Source: Octopus vulgaris
Lineage: Eukaryota
Assembly (NCBI GenBank): GCA_951406725.2
Contig: OX597837.1
Coordinates: 15,066,001 to 15,130,000 of the forward strand
Direction of reading: 5' to 3'
Length of the DNA: 64,000 nt
Shown here: positions 24,565-37,186 of the stretch, in pieces
How positions within the stretch are numbered: the stretch's first letter is position 1
Layout of the letters: each line of letters opens with the position of its first letter
Notes under the pieces: model-generated
The model's input: the letters and a program-made list of their open reading frames with translations, nothing else
What the model was told of the DNA's origin: nothing
The model's database searches: none
Program-made: the position numbers and the translations under genes

Positions 24565-27500
24565 GTCAGTATTGTGCATGCTGTGTATACTAATGTGTGT
24601 GTAATGTTAGTGAAGACAACTGCTATTATTACTACTATAACTAGCACCGGTAATAATATATTTTAAACCACCCAGGTTTAGACCTAAACCGTTTATTTAG
24701 ACGAGTTCATTTTGAAGGTGTGTCAAATGGCTAAAATTTGCATACATCATTACATACCTTCTCAGGTGAATTTTTTAAAACAAAAACTACTCATTAGAAT
24801 TCTCAGTCATAATAGAAATACTTTTGTGGTGAATGTCGTAACCAATTCCTCTCTTTGATGTTTAAGGACATCATTTAAACTCTGGAGTTGAGAGTGCATC
24901 GTTTGCTGTGCATAGTTTGCATGTGGCTAGGTTTTAGTGCAAATGTAGCAGTGCACAAGGTTAGTTTAATTAAAGCTAATTAAGGTATAATTTGATTGAT
25001 GTTAAGTTGAAGTATTGTATATTAGCTGTTTGAGAAAAATATGGACAAGATTATGGTTCTGGAGAAGTGTTTCATTTGTAATTTAAATAGGAATTATTTT
25101 TAGTACAAGTATGAGAGGAGACTGAACAGTGCTCCAGCATGGCTGCAGCTCTTGGGCTGGAACTAGTAAAAGAATAAATAAAATGATATATTTTGTGAGG
25201 AAGGGTAAAGAGTTTTGTCAAATAGCTGAGGCTATCAGACAATAAAATGAGGCAACAGAGTTCTGGATGAGCCATTATTTGGAGAATGCTTGTTGGGTTC
25301 AGTTTTACACGTGTTGTGTGTTTGTATTTCTGTATTGTTCTGACGCTCATTGTTGACAAAAATGGTTGTCTGGGCTTTTCAGACGGTTTTAGGAAAGTGT
25401 GGGGTCCATATGTGAACAAAGCTTTTATGCTGAAAGCAAAGAAGAAATACAATCCGATGTTTCAACTGCCTCTGTGTGTGTGTGTTTGTGTTATTAAGTG
25501 TTTAATATTTCAAAAGCAGTCATCATCATTATAACTTCCACTTTTCTATGCCGGCATGGATCCGATGGAATTTATTGAGGCAAATCTTCTATGACCGGAT
25601 GCCCATCCTGTTGCCAACCCTCACATGTTTCCAAGGACATGTTTTCACAGAATATGTGGAATGAATGGTATTCATTTACAACTATCAGGCAACACCAAAT
25701 CAAAGAATCACACATACATTCATATGTTGGGCTTCTTTCAGTTTCCATCTACCAAATTCATTTACAATTCTTTGATTGACCTCTAGCTATAGCAGATGAC
25801 CGCTTGCCCAAGGTGTCACACTCATGTCTGCACCTGTCACATCTGTGTGCCTCAATAGCATGGTAGGCAGCTGGTCAGTCTCAATATCTTCGAAAAGCAA
25901 TCAAAATATAAATGTAACTTATTCACTGAAATACCCTTGGTTTTTCAAGATTCCTGCTGATATCCTCCATGCTGTGTGTTTTTATTTCATTCTCCCCCCC
26001 CTCCTCCATTTGTTTGCTGTGTTAAATATGTCTAATATAATGGATTATAGTGTGTTTTATTGTAGAATGTATGGTATTTATAATCACAAAGTGGAGGTGC
26101 GTGGCTTAGTGGTTCAGGTGTTGAACTCATGATCGTAAGATTGTGGTTTCGATTCCTGGACCGGGTGATGCGATGTCTTCTTGAGCAAAACACTTCAGTT
26201 CACGTTGCTCCAGTTCACTCAGCTGGCAAAAATGAGTAATCCTGCAACGGACCAGTGTCTCGTCCAGGTGGGGAATTTCTACGCTACTGAAACCGAGATA
26301 CCGGCCCTTATGAGCCTGGCATGGCTCGAGAAGGAACATTTTTTTTTTACAATTACAAAACCCATTCAAGTGTGTTCATTGATAAATATGTTTGTAAAAG
26401 TCATGCATGAAAAATATAAACATATATTTAGTCTTATTTTGAAAATAAAACCTGTAGATGAACCACAAATAGTTTAGTGGCTTGAAGTGAGGACCAGGCT
26501 AACTGGTTTTGTCTCTCATTGAAGACTCATCAGAGATTGCTCTACTTTGCTTTCTGTCTCATGAAGTTTAGAAATTTACTGCTTTATGCCAAAAAATGGA
26601 AATGGATTATAATGAAATTCTCATAGCAGACACAGCATGCCCGTGGTGTTCTAGGATCAATCCCACTGTGCAATGCCTTGGACAAACACCTTATATTTAA
26701 ACTTCAGGCAGACCAATACTTTGTGAATGTGATTTGGTAAATGGAAACTATGCAGAAGCCCATTATGTGTGTGTGTTTACACCAGTCTAAAAGCTGGTGT
26801 TGTCTTATATCCCTTCCTGCCCTCTAATGTAACGGTTCATCAAATAGAGCTCGACAAATCAATACACCAGACTGAAAGTTAATTCCTGAAGGCCGTGCCC
26901 CAGCGGGATCACAGTTCAATGACTGAAATCAATAATAAAATCAATACAAAAATGACAGCTGGATACCGAGTTCAAATCCTGTCAAGGCCACCTTTACCTT
27001 ACATCTTTTTAGGGGATCATTGTTATCAATTTCCATTTCATCTCAAAATTGCTGGCCTTGTGCCCAAAGAATTACTATTGAAGGCAGAGAGAGTTGGTGG
27101 AATGTCCTCTCAGCTCAAATCCTGCCAAAGTCTGTTTTGCTTTTCATCCTTTTAAGTACCAGTGAAGCACTAGGAGCAACCTAATCCCTTCCTAAAGTGG
27201 TTGGCTTTGTGCCAAAATTTAGACACAATTTATATGGTATGGTGGATGCTAGTTTGTCATGGTGGTTTCTTAAATAGCTTGGACAACTTTTTTCTCTGGG
27301 TAATTAGTTGGGGGTGGATGACTTTATATCAAGAAAGTACACCAAACCAGATGGTCAAACTGCATTGGCCCTTTTGATAGCAACTGCCTGAGACAGCCCC
27401 TGCTTCTACAATACAAGCTCCCAGTTTTAAAGTAATCTAACTTAAAACCACCCATCAAGATGTCATATTCCTTTCAGTTCCAAATGTCAGCCTAATTAAT

Positions 27501-27689
27501 GACAGAGATATTGTACTAAATTCTTTGTGGTTTTTTAATTAAGCAAGGCAGCATATATATCCACAGAAATATGGTGCCAAAAGGGTTTAAGCAGGCAGTC
27601 ACCATTGCTATTTCAAACTATCATGTAGTTTATCGTTAAAGTTAACGAATCCAGTTTTATTCCTCGTTAGTTTATATGAATTCAAACAC

Positions 27690-28205
27690 TTTGTAACAAC
27701 AAGTGTTTCTTGTGTTACAATGTTCGTGTCACAATGTTTCTTGTTACTTTATAAGGTTTGTTACATTTGTTTCTTGTGTTACAATGTTCATGTCGCAATG
27801 TTTCTTGTTACTTTATAAGGTTTGTTACACTTCTGTTTCTTGTGTTACAATGTTTGTTACACCGTTTATCTTTCAATGTTTGTTGCATTGCTATGTTACA
27901 ATCTTGTTACTTGTGAGATTACAATATTTTTTAGGCTGTGTGTTACATTATTTGTTGGCACATTACTGTTATGTTACACTCTTTATGTTGCAATATCTTT
28001 GTTGCTATGCCACAGTGTTTGTTACAATGTTTCTTGCGTTACAGTTCGTTATGTTACAATATATTTTGTTCGGTGTCACTGCTTGTTAGACTGTTATGTT
28101 ACGTTTTTTTAAGTTATAAGAATTTTTGTTACAATGTTTCTTCTATGACAAGATGTTCTTGTTCAGTCGCAACGTGTTACAATGCTTATCACTCCTACGT
28201 TACAA
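27690..28205. repeat. Degenerate TGTTAC-rich minisatellite with a ~58-bp direct duplication
   Basis: Recurrent tgttacaatgtttcttg units. Confidence 0.8.
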
Positions 28206-29036
28206 AATCTTTCAAAACCTGTTCATCTCCACGTGTCATATTCACTAAAGGATGGATTGTAGGTATTTTACAGTAAAGGCTGTAAAACAAGCTAAGGACT
28301 GAGCCTGTACATGGACATATAGCTTGCTAGAAATAGAAGCCATGCCACCTTTAAAGAAATGGGAGGCTATATCAAATATATTGGCAAGTCTCAGTCGTAT
28401 TCTAAAGAAACAAGGCATTGAGCTGGCAGAATGGTTAGCATGCTGGGCAAAATGTTTGGCTGCATTTCATTTGTGTTCGAATTCCACTGAGGTTGACTTT
28501 GCCTTTTGGGGTCAGTAAATGAAGTACCAGCTGAACACTGGGGTCGATGTAACTGACTTACCTCCTTCCCCAAAATTTGCTGGCCTTGTGTCAAAATGTG
28601 AAAGCAATAGCTTTGCTTTCCCTTCAGTCATCAGAAACCTGTCCCTTTGAGAAGCATCATCTTCATTGTCCCTAGTCACAAATTCGGTCATTCGTGTTGT
28701 TTGTAAAATTCAATGAACCAAACAAGACAGTGAATATTCCCTCTTAAAAGTTGTCCTCCAAAATTGTAAATGAAATTGTACTTTGAAGTACATTTTTACA
28801 CCCATTTTCCCTCGCTGGAATGGGCTAGACAAATAATATATATTACTGAGGCATGGTTTTCTGTCAAATGCTCTCTCTGTTGCTAACCCTTATCTGTTTT
28901 TCAAGTAAGGAGTCTCTTATTCCACATGTATGGGAAAATGCAGAGCTTGTAGACTGCTTGTTCAGAGATTTTCAAAGAAGCACAAATACCAACACACACA
29001 CATACATGCATGCATGTATGTGTGTGTGTGTGTCTC

Positions 29037-29330
29037 ATCATCATCATCGTTTAACGTCCGTTCCCCATGCTAGCATAGGTTGGACGGTTCGACCGGGGAT
29101 CTGGGAAGCCAGAAGGCTGCATCAGGCCCAGTCTGATCTGGCAGTGTTTCTACGGCTGGATGCCCTTCCTAACGCCAACCACTCCGTGAGTGTAGTGGGT
29201 GCTTTTTACGTGCCACCTGCACAGGTGCCAGGTGAGGCTGGCAACGGCCACGGTCGGATTGGTGCATTTTACGTGCCACCGGCACTGAAACCAGTCGAGG
29301 CGGCGCTGGCATCGGCCACGATTCGGCCGA
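29037..29330 (-). mobile_element. (GAT)n-tailed retroposon family; copies at ~1380-1545, 11715-12010, 17912-18090, 38350-38485, 42745-43085, 51420-51680, 55420-55890, 55990-56250, 57800-57920
   Basis: Shared catcatcgtttaacgtccg...ggatgcccttcctaacgccaaccactc sequence in both orientations. Confidence 0.8.
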
Positions 29331-31210
29331 TGCCTATTTATGTAAATAGACAGATACATGCACATTCACACAATTGGTTTCTTTTAGTTTCCCTGTACCA
29401 AATCTACTTACAAAGCTTTGGTTGGTCCAGAGCTACAGTAAAACTCACTTGCCTAAGGTGCTGCATAATGAGATTGAACTTGAAACCATGTGGTTGGGAA
29501 ACTAACTCCTTAACCACACAGCCATACCCATATATCAAAACTGAAAGAATATTGTCAAAACCCCAACTTTTCCCATTCTGTTGTTGGCTTTTTGTTTCTG
29601 CCAGAACATTCTCTGTGTGTGTGTTCCTGTGTATGTATTTGTTGTATGTTAGTGTGGATTATGTTACTGTGTCTATGTGTAGAGTTGTCTGTATGTGTCT
29701 TAAGAGACACTTAGCAATCCTTATAAACTCATGAGCCCTGAATTTATATCAAATCTAGTAAAGAACATTTCCTCCCACTTTATAATAATATCACGTTAAG
29801 GATGTCCTCAGCTTTTCTAAGAGCAACCACAAATAAGTCTATCTCAAAGCCTAGATTTTTGTTTTGTATATTTAATGTAGCACATTAAATATCAAAAGAA
29901 CAATCTTTCTAAATTCTAAAGAATTAAAATGTTTAAGTCATAACAACCACCATCATCATCACTACTGATTAATCCTTTAGAATTTAAACTAGCCAGATCC
30001 AGCCTTTCACACCTACTCTACAATGTCATCCTAAAAACAAATAAGCATTACGCTTGACAGAGAAATCTGAATGCTAAAGGGTTGAATCTTCATTGTTTGA
30101 GTAACATAGAATGCTAATTAGCTCCTTGTTAATTGGTTTTCTGTCATATATTTGATCTTCAGTTGAGCCGTTTCTATTCATTTCATCCTTGTAATTTCTA
30201 ACTGTACTCGTTAGCCTGAATAAGAATTAGTTCCACCGAGCTTAGTTACTCTTGACACTCCATGAAATTTAATTAAATTAAATTAATGGTTAACCTTGAT
30301 GTTCATTTACTTCACATCCTGGCATCTGGTTTTGGTTTTAGCTGAAATTATTTATGTGTTTAGCTTAATTCTAGCCCTTCCTCTTCTGTAAATTGTCAGA
30401 AGGAAAATTAAAGATTATTTCATTTTCTCTTTTAACTCTTGTGTTCCTTTAACTGTTCTTAATGATAATCTCAGATGTAGATGTTCTGAGGCAAAGTGTT
30501 CGACTAATTGACTCTCAAAGTTTATATGAATTCCTTGGGTACGTCTTGATCTGTTGAATTGTTAAAACTAGAAGTAAATGATTAATTTGTTGTGAATGAA
30601 TTTCTCATATTGATGTATCTTAATGAATATTTCTTGGCTATATTAAGGTGTGTCAGTAATTCCTTTGATTCGTGGTTTGTCTGATCCAGGCTGGCATCAA
30701 CAAAATTGCCCAAGTCGTCCCCTTTTCAGACCAGTTAACTGATACAACATTCACCCAAATGCTCTGTCATCAATACGTGTGCTTATGTCATAACATTTTC
30801 GACCAATCAACTACTGAGCCTGTGCCTACATTCATCAGCCTTTTGACCAATTAGCAACGTAAGTCAGTTGCTATACTAATGTGCACTACAGGTCCCACAA
30901 GGAAAGGGGTGTCAGAGTATCATAATGGAGCTTACGAATGGAATTGTTGGCATTTGTTGTCAGGTACGCAGGGCCAGTTGATGTCTTTTAAAGCTTCACC
31001 TTCTGTCTACCAAACTACATCATTTCAATATTATGGACTTCTCTTTTGTCTATTCCTCCCGTTTACTAGCATTACATAACTATTATAAATACCCCTTTGT
31101 GGCACTTTTATCGATTTCCTGTGATTTATACTCCTTCATGCATTTGTTTCAGTCTCTTTTTTTACTCATATATATAAACACACACATATATATACATATA
31201 CACACACACA

Positions 31211-32054
31211 CGCTGTGTTCAGGCTGTAAAAGGCTAAAAATATAATATCGCATCCAAAAATAAAAATATTCTAAAAAATCAAAAAATATCAAGATTATTG
31301 TTGAGAGATAACAGTTTACTGAAAGTAGCTGCCCTTAGCTTCCACCTTGGGTGACTGCAAGATGGCCCCAGAACCTGGCACTTGCATTCCTTACTGTGTC
31401 ACTGGGAAAATCTTCAAACACCTCCTTGGTCTTGACCGCCAGTTGTTGGCAGGGGGGTTGGTGCCTTTCTTAACTGTGCCCCACACATAGTAATCCAGGG
31501 AGTCACAATTGGGGTTGGTGAAGTCGTAGAAATTCTCTAACGACCACTTCTGTCTCTTTCTGGAGGTATGGCAAGGAGCCAAATCCTGCTGCCACACAAA
31601 TGGCCTTCCAACAGCAACCCTCTTGAGCCAGGGATTGACCTGTCTCTAGCAGCTTCCCATAGGTCTGAAATGAGCTCCAGGCCCTGTTCAAAGATGTGGG
31701 GATGAATTCCACCATGCAGATGCAGTCAGGATGCCTTCTGTGTCCCTTCCTGTTGACCATAGCTTCTCTTGCAGTTGTCCATGTCACATCCTGCACCCTT
31801 TACAGTATGTACAGGGCATTGAGCAACTGTCATGATGTCAGCATTTTGACACCTGGTGTGAATCACCATCATGCAGCTTAACTCTTGCTCCAATATTCAG
31901 ATGGCTTCCAGTCCGCCATGCCAACTAAATTTTTCTCAACTACAACTTCAATCTTTTTGCTCTCCAACAGCATTGACTGTTCACCAATACATGGAGCTGT
32001 CCCTTAAAAAGGGAAGACAAAAAAATCACCAAATTTAGCCCCTAACACCCTGTA
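31211..32054 (-). mobile_element. Decayed Tc1/mariner transposon
   Basis: Frameshifted transposase remnant WQQDLAPCHTS...DSLDYYVWG; right end tacagggtgttag-type TIR. Confidence 0.7.
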
Positions 32055-35000
32055 TATTCACATGCATATACACTTGTTTACTGTAAATCAGTAAATGTAC
32101 TCTCTACCCGACATACATTTTAAAAAGATATGAAATCAACAATAAACCAAACCTCATCTTCCATTTAGCAGCATCTTTTTAAACCTTATCAAGACACGAA
32201 ATATACACTAATGTAACAAGATTGTCAAGTTTCAGGGGTTTCGTATTGTTTTTTGTTGTATTTTTTCTACAGAACCACGTGAATTTATATAATTAGAGTT
32301 AATTTTTCTACAGAATCAATGTAAAGTGTGCCATCCTAAGAAAACATTTAACATTGTAGTTGCCCAAAAAAAATTTTATTCCTTTCATAATTATATTTTT
32401 TAATTAGTAAACTGCTTATGTGTTTTAATTAAATATAATTAAATGTTGACAAAATCCTGATGATTTTGAAACAGCCATCTGTGTCATATGTAATGTCTGT
32501 ACACTGTTGATAGGCCAGTTGCTGTAGTGCTTATCCCGAGAGATAATCTCTCTTGTAGACATCGAGAAAGCCAAATGCATTTTGACCCTTTTTGGACCTT
32601 AAAATGGTGCATACTACTCCTAGCCAGTCACATGTTCAGATGAGAATTTGTTACCTCTGGTATGGGAAACAGTGAATAAAATGTTCACTGATGTTGTGAA
32701 TAGCTGCCCCATGTATGCAATTGAAGCAGTATTAGATTAAAATTGCCATCTATGTATCATACTTAATGTATATATGCCGTCTGATATGCCAGTTACTGTG
32801 GTATTTGTGCAGGATAGCATGGATGACTGATATTGAATAAATATATGAAAACGGTTTCTATATTGACATTTATTTGGAACAATGGTTGCAAAATGAAGGC
32901 ACCACAGTGCTGGACTACAAAATTCCTCACCTTAGCTGTTGCAATTATGGGTCTGTAAGCAAAAAGAATAAACATATATATATATGCATCTTGTTCCTTA
33001 TTCCTCAATTTTAAACATTCTTCCTGCTTGACTGGCAACAAACTCTACTCTTACTTCATAGTTGAGTGGTTTTTCAGTGTAAATATGTTTGCTCTAATAA
33101 AAACCACTCCATCCATGCCAGCATGACAAATCAATGGACAAAAGCAACAACAAAATGTCGTTTTACTCCAATTCCCTAAATCTGCAATTTTATCCGAACA
33201 CAATTTCCGTTCTAATCTCGTTGCCTTCGATTGAACTACAGCCTTTCCATTTTGGGTGGTCTTGCTCCGATCTTCCTTTTTCTTATCCTCTCTCTCTCTC
33301 TCTCTCCTTCACCACTGTTTGTATATCCTCAGCTCGTGTCGGTCATTTTATTGTTTATCAAATGTTTTTTGTGTCGGCTTTTTCTGTATTTCACCTAATT
33401 TTGCTTTTAAGCACCAAAAAACATAAAATACGCGCTATATATATATATGCAAATATATGTAAATATATTCATATAAATTTGCTCGATGCAGAGAACGGGT
33501 GAGGTGGGGGGGGGAAAAGCTTTCTCTGGTAAATGTTGTTCGTTTCTATTTGTTTTGCTTCGTACTTGCTTAAATGTAATTCTTGGAGTCTGATTTTTTT
33601 TTTAAACTTATAGTTAATTAATTACTTAGCTTCTTATTCGTTGGAGAAGTCTTAGCAACTGTTTTATTTTGCGATAAACAGTGGAAGCATAAATAAAATA
33701 AAATTTTAAAAAAGAGGGATGACCCCCCCACCTACCATGCTTACCCACCCCCGGCCGCCTAACATAAACACACAAATTAACACTTCACTGTTGTTGTTGA
33801 TGTTGTTGTTACACACCGCTCCCCACTCTCAACTGACAGTTCTGTATCCCCCTGCCCCCCCACACACACTATCATGAACACCCATCCATCCCCACCCCCA
33901 TTTGACCAGATCAAACCCCTCCCCCTGCAACAATTCTTTTTATAGGAATGATATGTAGTTGTTGTTTTTCTTTCTTTCATTTTTTTTTTCTTTTTCTTTT
34001 TTTATTCTTTTGGTGTTCATTTTGTTGCTGACTGGCTTCGTTTGGTTCTCCAGTTAACCCTACACAGGTTTCTGCAATGTCTTTAGGCCTTTTAGAAAAT
34101 CCGCATGCGCTTTTTCTTCCAAGTTATTTTTGTTGACTGAAAAAAAAAAAAATTTTTGTTTTGTTTTTTCCTTTTTTTCTTTCTTTCTTTCTTTCATTTA
34201 TGAATTTTTTGGACCTTTTTTTATGTACCAAACTGATTATTGTGACTGGAGAAATTTCACATTTGGAATTATTTTTTTACCTACCTATCAACCTTTAACC
34301 ATTGTATTTAATCCGTATCAGGCTTCCGTTATTAATGTTATTGTGGTTTTACCTCTTGAGACTTGGTTTTGGGTGGGAATCAACAGCTACGAAGGCAATC
34401 TACGGTAGTTATCCTCTTGCGTCGTTCCCAACCCCCTTTTATTCTTGTGCCTTTGTCCCAGGAAGAAGGACAATGCCTCCAAGATTGTAAAAGAAAGAGA
34501 AGCCAAGATTATTGGGAATCGGGTGACTTTAGGAATTGATTGTTTCAAGTTGATAATTAAATTTTAACCCTTTTAGTATTTAAACTGGCCCCCACATCCA
34601 GCCAAAATATTCTCCCCATTTTATGCTAAAAGTGATGATCCAGCCTCTCACTCCTACCCTTCAATGCCATTCTAAAAATAGACATTCACATTGTTGAAAT
34701 CTTGAAGTTTCAAGATAATACGTGATTGGTTGAAAACAATGGGAAAAACTGAGCAAAACATTTGATGATCTGAATGGTGAAAGGTTAAACCAATGTAAAT
34801 GACTTTTGTAATGCAAATATTATTTTTATGGTTTATTAGTTTAGTTCTTAACTGGAAATGTTTTCCACCATTTTGATTCTAGAGTCTTTTGCTTTTGTTG
34901 TCAATTCTTGTCTGCTTTAATATTCTTTAGTTTTCCTATGTTAGAATAATAATTCAGGGCAGTAAACTGACCACATCAATTGAAGTTATATGGGGAAATG

Positions 35001-36430
35001 GTCAGATACATTCTTAATTCTAGCTCACAAGAAAAAGGGAGAAAAAAAACTGTTGTAGAAACCTGAAAGGTATCGTTAACTATATTTAGAGGTAAGCTTA
35101 TTTATTTGTCTTCGGGTAGACCACCCTTGAATCCCCTACCCCACCTGTTCAAGATTACCAACACCTGAATGTCAGCATATACTTTTGACTCCTTTGTTTT
35201 ATATACGTGGCGTCCCCAAGTGGGAGATAATCATTTCTTCTACAAGGGAGATAAACATTTCTTCATAATATTTGGTAGGATTAGAAGTTTGAAATTGAGG
35301 AATAAGAAACAAGATGCAAAGCATATATATATATATTTTATTCTTTTTGCTTATTTCAAAGGTCTTAAAATTTCTAGGTAATCATATATATATATATATA
35401 TATAACCATTTCATCCTTTTTTTAGAAATCATATTATTAACTTACTGTTCATTAAGACATAGTTGTAAATTAAACATGTTATTCTTCAACCTGTAATCTA
35501 AATGTTTCCCCATTTCAAGATTTTCCAACAGGACTCTTTATCCTAGCATCGGCATGTTCGTCTCGATTGGTACATTAGGGTCTTCTCTGCTGCTATTTTA
35601 TTCATTTGCCACCTACTCCCTCCTGTTCAATTTTACAATCACTTAAGCCACTTCATTAAGCATTCTCCTCACACTATTGAGGATCTTATACCTTCCTTGC
35701 CAAAGCTTTACAATATTTCAAATTGTCTGTAGGTTTATTTATTATTTCTTGGGTCAGTTTTGCATCTTCTTTGTGACTCTCTGAACTGATGCAATTTTCT
35801 TTCTTTATTTCTTCCTATTCAACACGTGTTTTCTCGTCCCCTAAATTACGCATACTCACCATTTTAGATTTTCATTTTCAACCTCTCACATCACCAGTCA
35901 TTAATCTCATGTAGCTACATCACCTGGCATTTTTGTGTAGGTTTGTCTTAGGTTTGTAAATAAATAAAACTACTGAAGATCATTTTGGATCACACTTGAA
36001 ATGTCCCGATTTAATATGAAGTCACCAACATCTGTTTCGGATGTCTTATTTTCTAATTCTTCAATATTTTTAGTTCAGACTTTTTATTTTGCTTTCTTGG
36101 TAGGCTATGGGTTGGTTCTTCGCTTCACTACTTCTAGGTTAAACTTTTTGGTTTTTCAGTTGTAAACAAAGGTTGGTTATGTATAGGAATGAGTTACACA
36201 CACACAAAATTACGATAATTTCTAATTCTGGTACAAAGCCACAGAGTGATTGTTACCAAATAAGCCATAGGTGAAGGTATCATTCAGTTTGCAAGACTAT
36301 GAACCCCCCGGGGGGAGGGGGAAGTTTGTACTAGGAGATGAGGGGCAAAAGTATGAGAGAAAGGGGTCAGAGACAAAACTCTAAATGTCTCTGTCTCCTA
36401 TACCCCTCAGTTGTAATCAGGTTTATTAAT

Positions 36431-36498
36431 TTCTAGATTTGTTTTCAGTATAATTAGATTCAATCTAATTACTAATTATACTGAAAACAAATTTGGAA
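36431..36498. repeat. Inverted repeat with 27-bp arms
   Basis: ttctagatttgttttcagtataattag / ctaattatactgaaaacaaatttggaa. Confidence 0.85.
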
Positions 36499-37097
36499 AA
36501 AGAAAGACGATGCTAATTTCGTTTCAGTTTCATCCATTCAACCCCATTTCACTCATTTCATGAGATTGCTTGTTTATGATATTGGTTGAAGCATTCCTCC
36601 TCCTTAACTTCTTATATGCCTATTAATGCTTCCGCCCCTTCTTATGCCCCTAATATGTCCCCCCCTCTTTAATTTCTCCTTTTTACTCTTACTAATAATT
36701 AAATAATAAAATGCGTTAATTTTTACAGTAATTGTTTTCTAAATATTTAGGATAAGTAATTTAATCGTTTAGTTAATTTTAAAGCTAAAAATTGAAAATG
36801 TAAAGAATTGGAAGAGCTTAAAGAAAACACATTGACTTCTATGGGGAAATTTATTTGGAGACGATAGAGTTAGGCTTTCATTTAAAACATTGCATCATTT
36901 CTTTTTCACTTTTCTTTTTAATTATTCCTTTACTTTTGATTTTTAGTGCCAAATTTCTCAAGCACAAGGATCAAGATGTGATTTTCTTTGTTTTCTGTTT
37001 TTTTCCATTTTTGATTTTAAATGCATTTCTTCTGGGACCAAAACCGATTCTGATTGTTGCAACTTTTTTTGATCTCTGTCTCCAATTTCTTTTGCAG

Positions 37098-37186
37098 GTG
37101 CTCAGTATGATGACGATCGTCCCAAACGCTCGAGTACCAGAGTGAGCAGACCCCCTGGGGGCATGTCTGACATATTCTTAGGTTAA
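37098..37186 (+). CDS. DPYS: DHP/CRMP terminal coding exon (G)AQYDDDRPKRSSTRVSRPPGGMSDIFLG*
   Basis: ttttgcag acceptor in phase 1, matching the donor after 18505; resembles vertebrate CRMP C-terminus [22 protein letters not shown]; TAA at 37184-37186. Confidence 0.92.

Noticed and set aside
27690-28205. Repeat array resembling CRISPR, or Cys-rich ORFs
   Set aside because: Eukaryotic degenerate minisatellite with no constant repeat and unique spacer structure.
28585-28620. CTGATGA...GAAA on the minus strand (similar at ~2600-2640, ~45790-45822, ~52530-52565)
   Set aside because: One or more helices cannot form, so these are indistinguishable from chance or heavily decayed matches.
28853-29734. 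293-aa plus-strand ORF
   Set aside because: A chance read-through of adjacent retroposon copies; the same peptide (LDALPNANHSVSVVGA) recurs at 42781.
33492-33498. 7-nt microexon candidate (cag|agaacgg|gtgagg)
   Set aside because: Poor pyrimidine tract, and every combination with other candidates that I tried gave a frameshift or stop.
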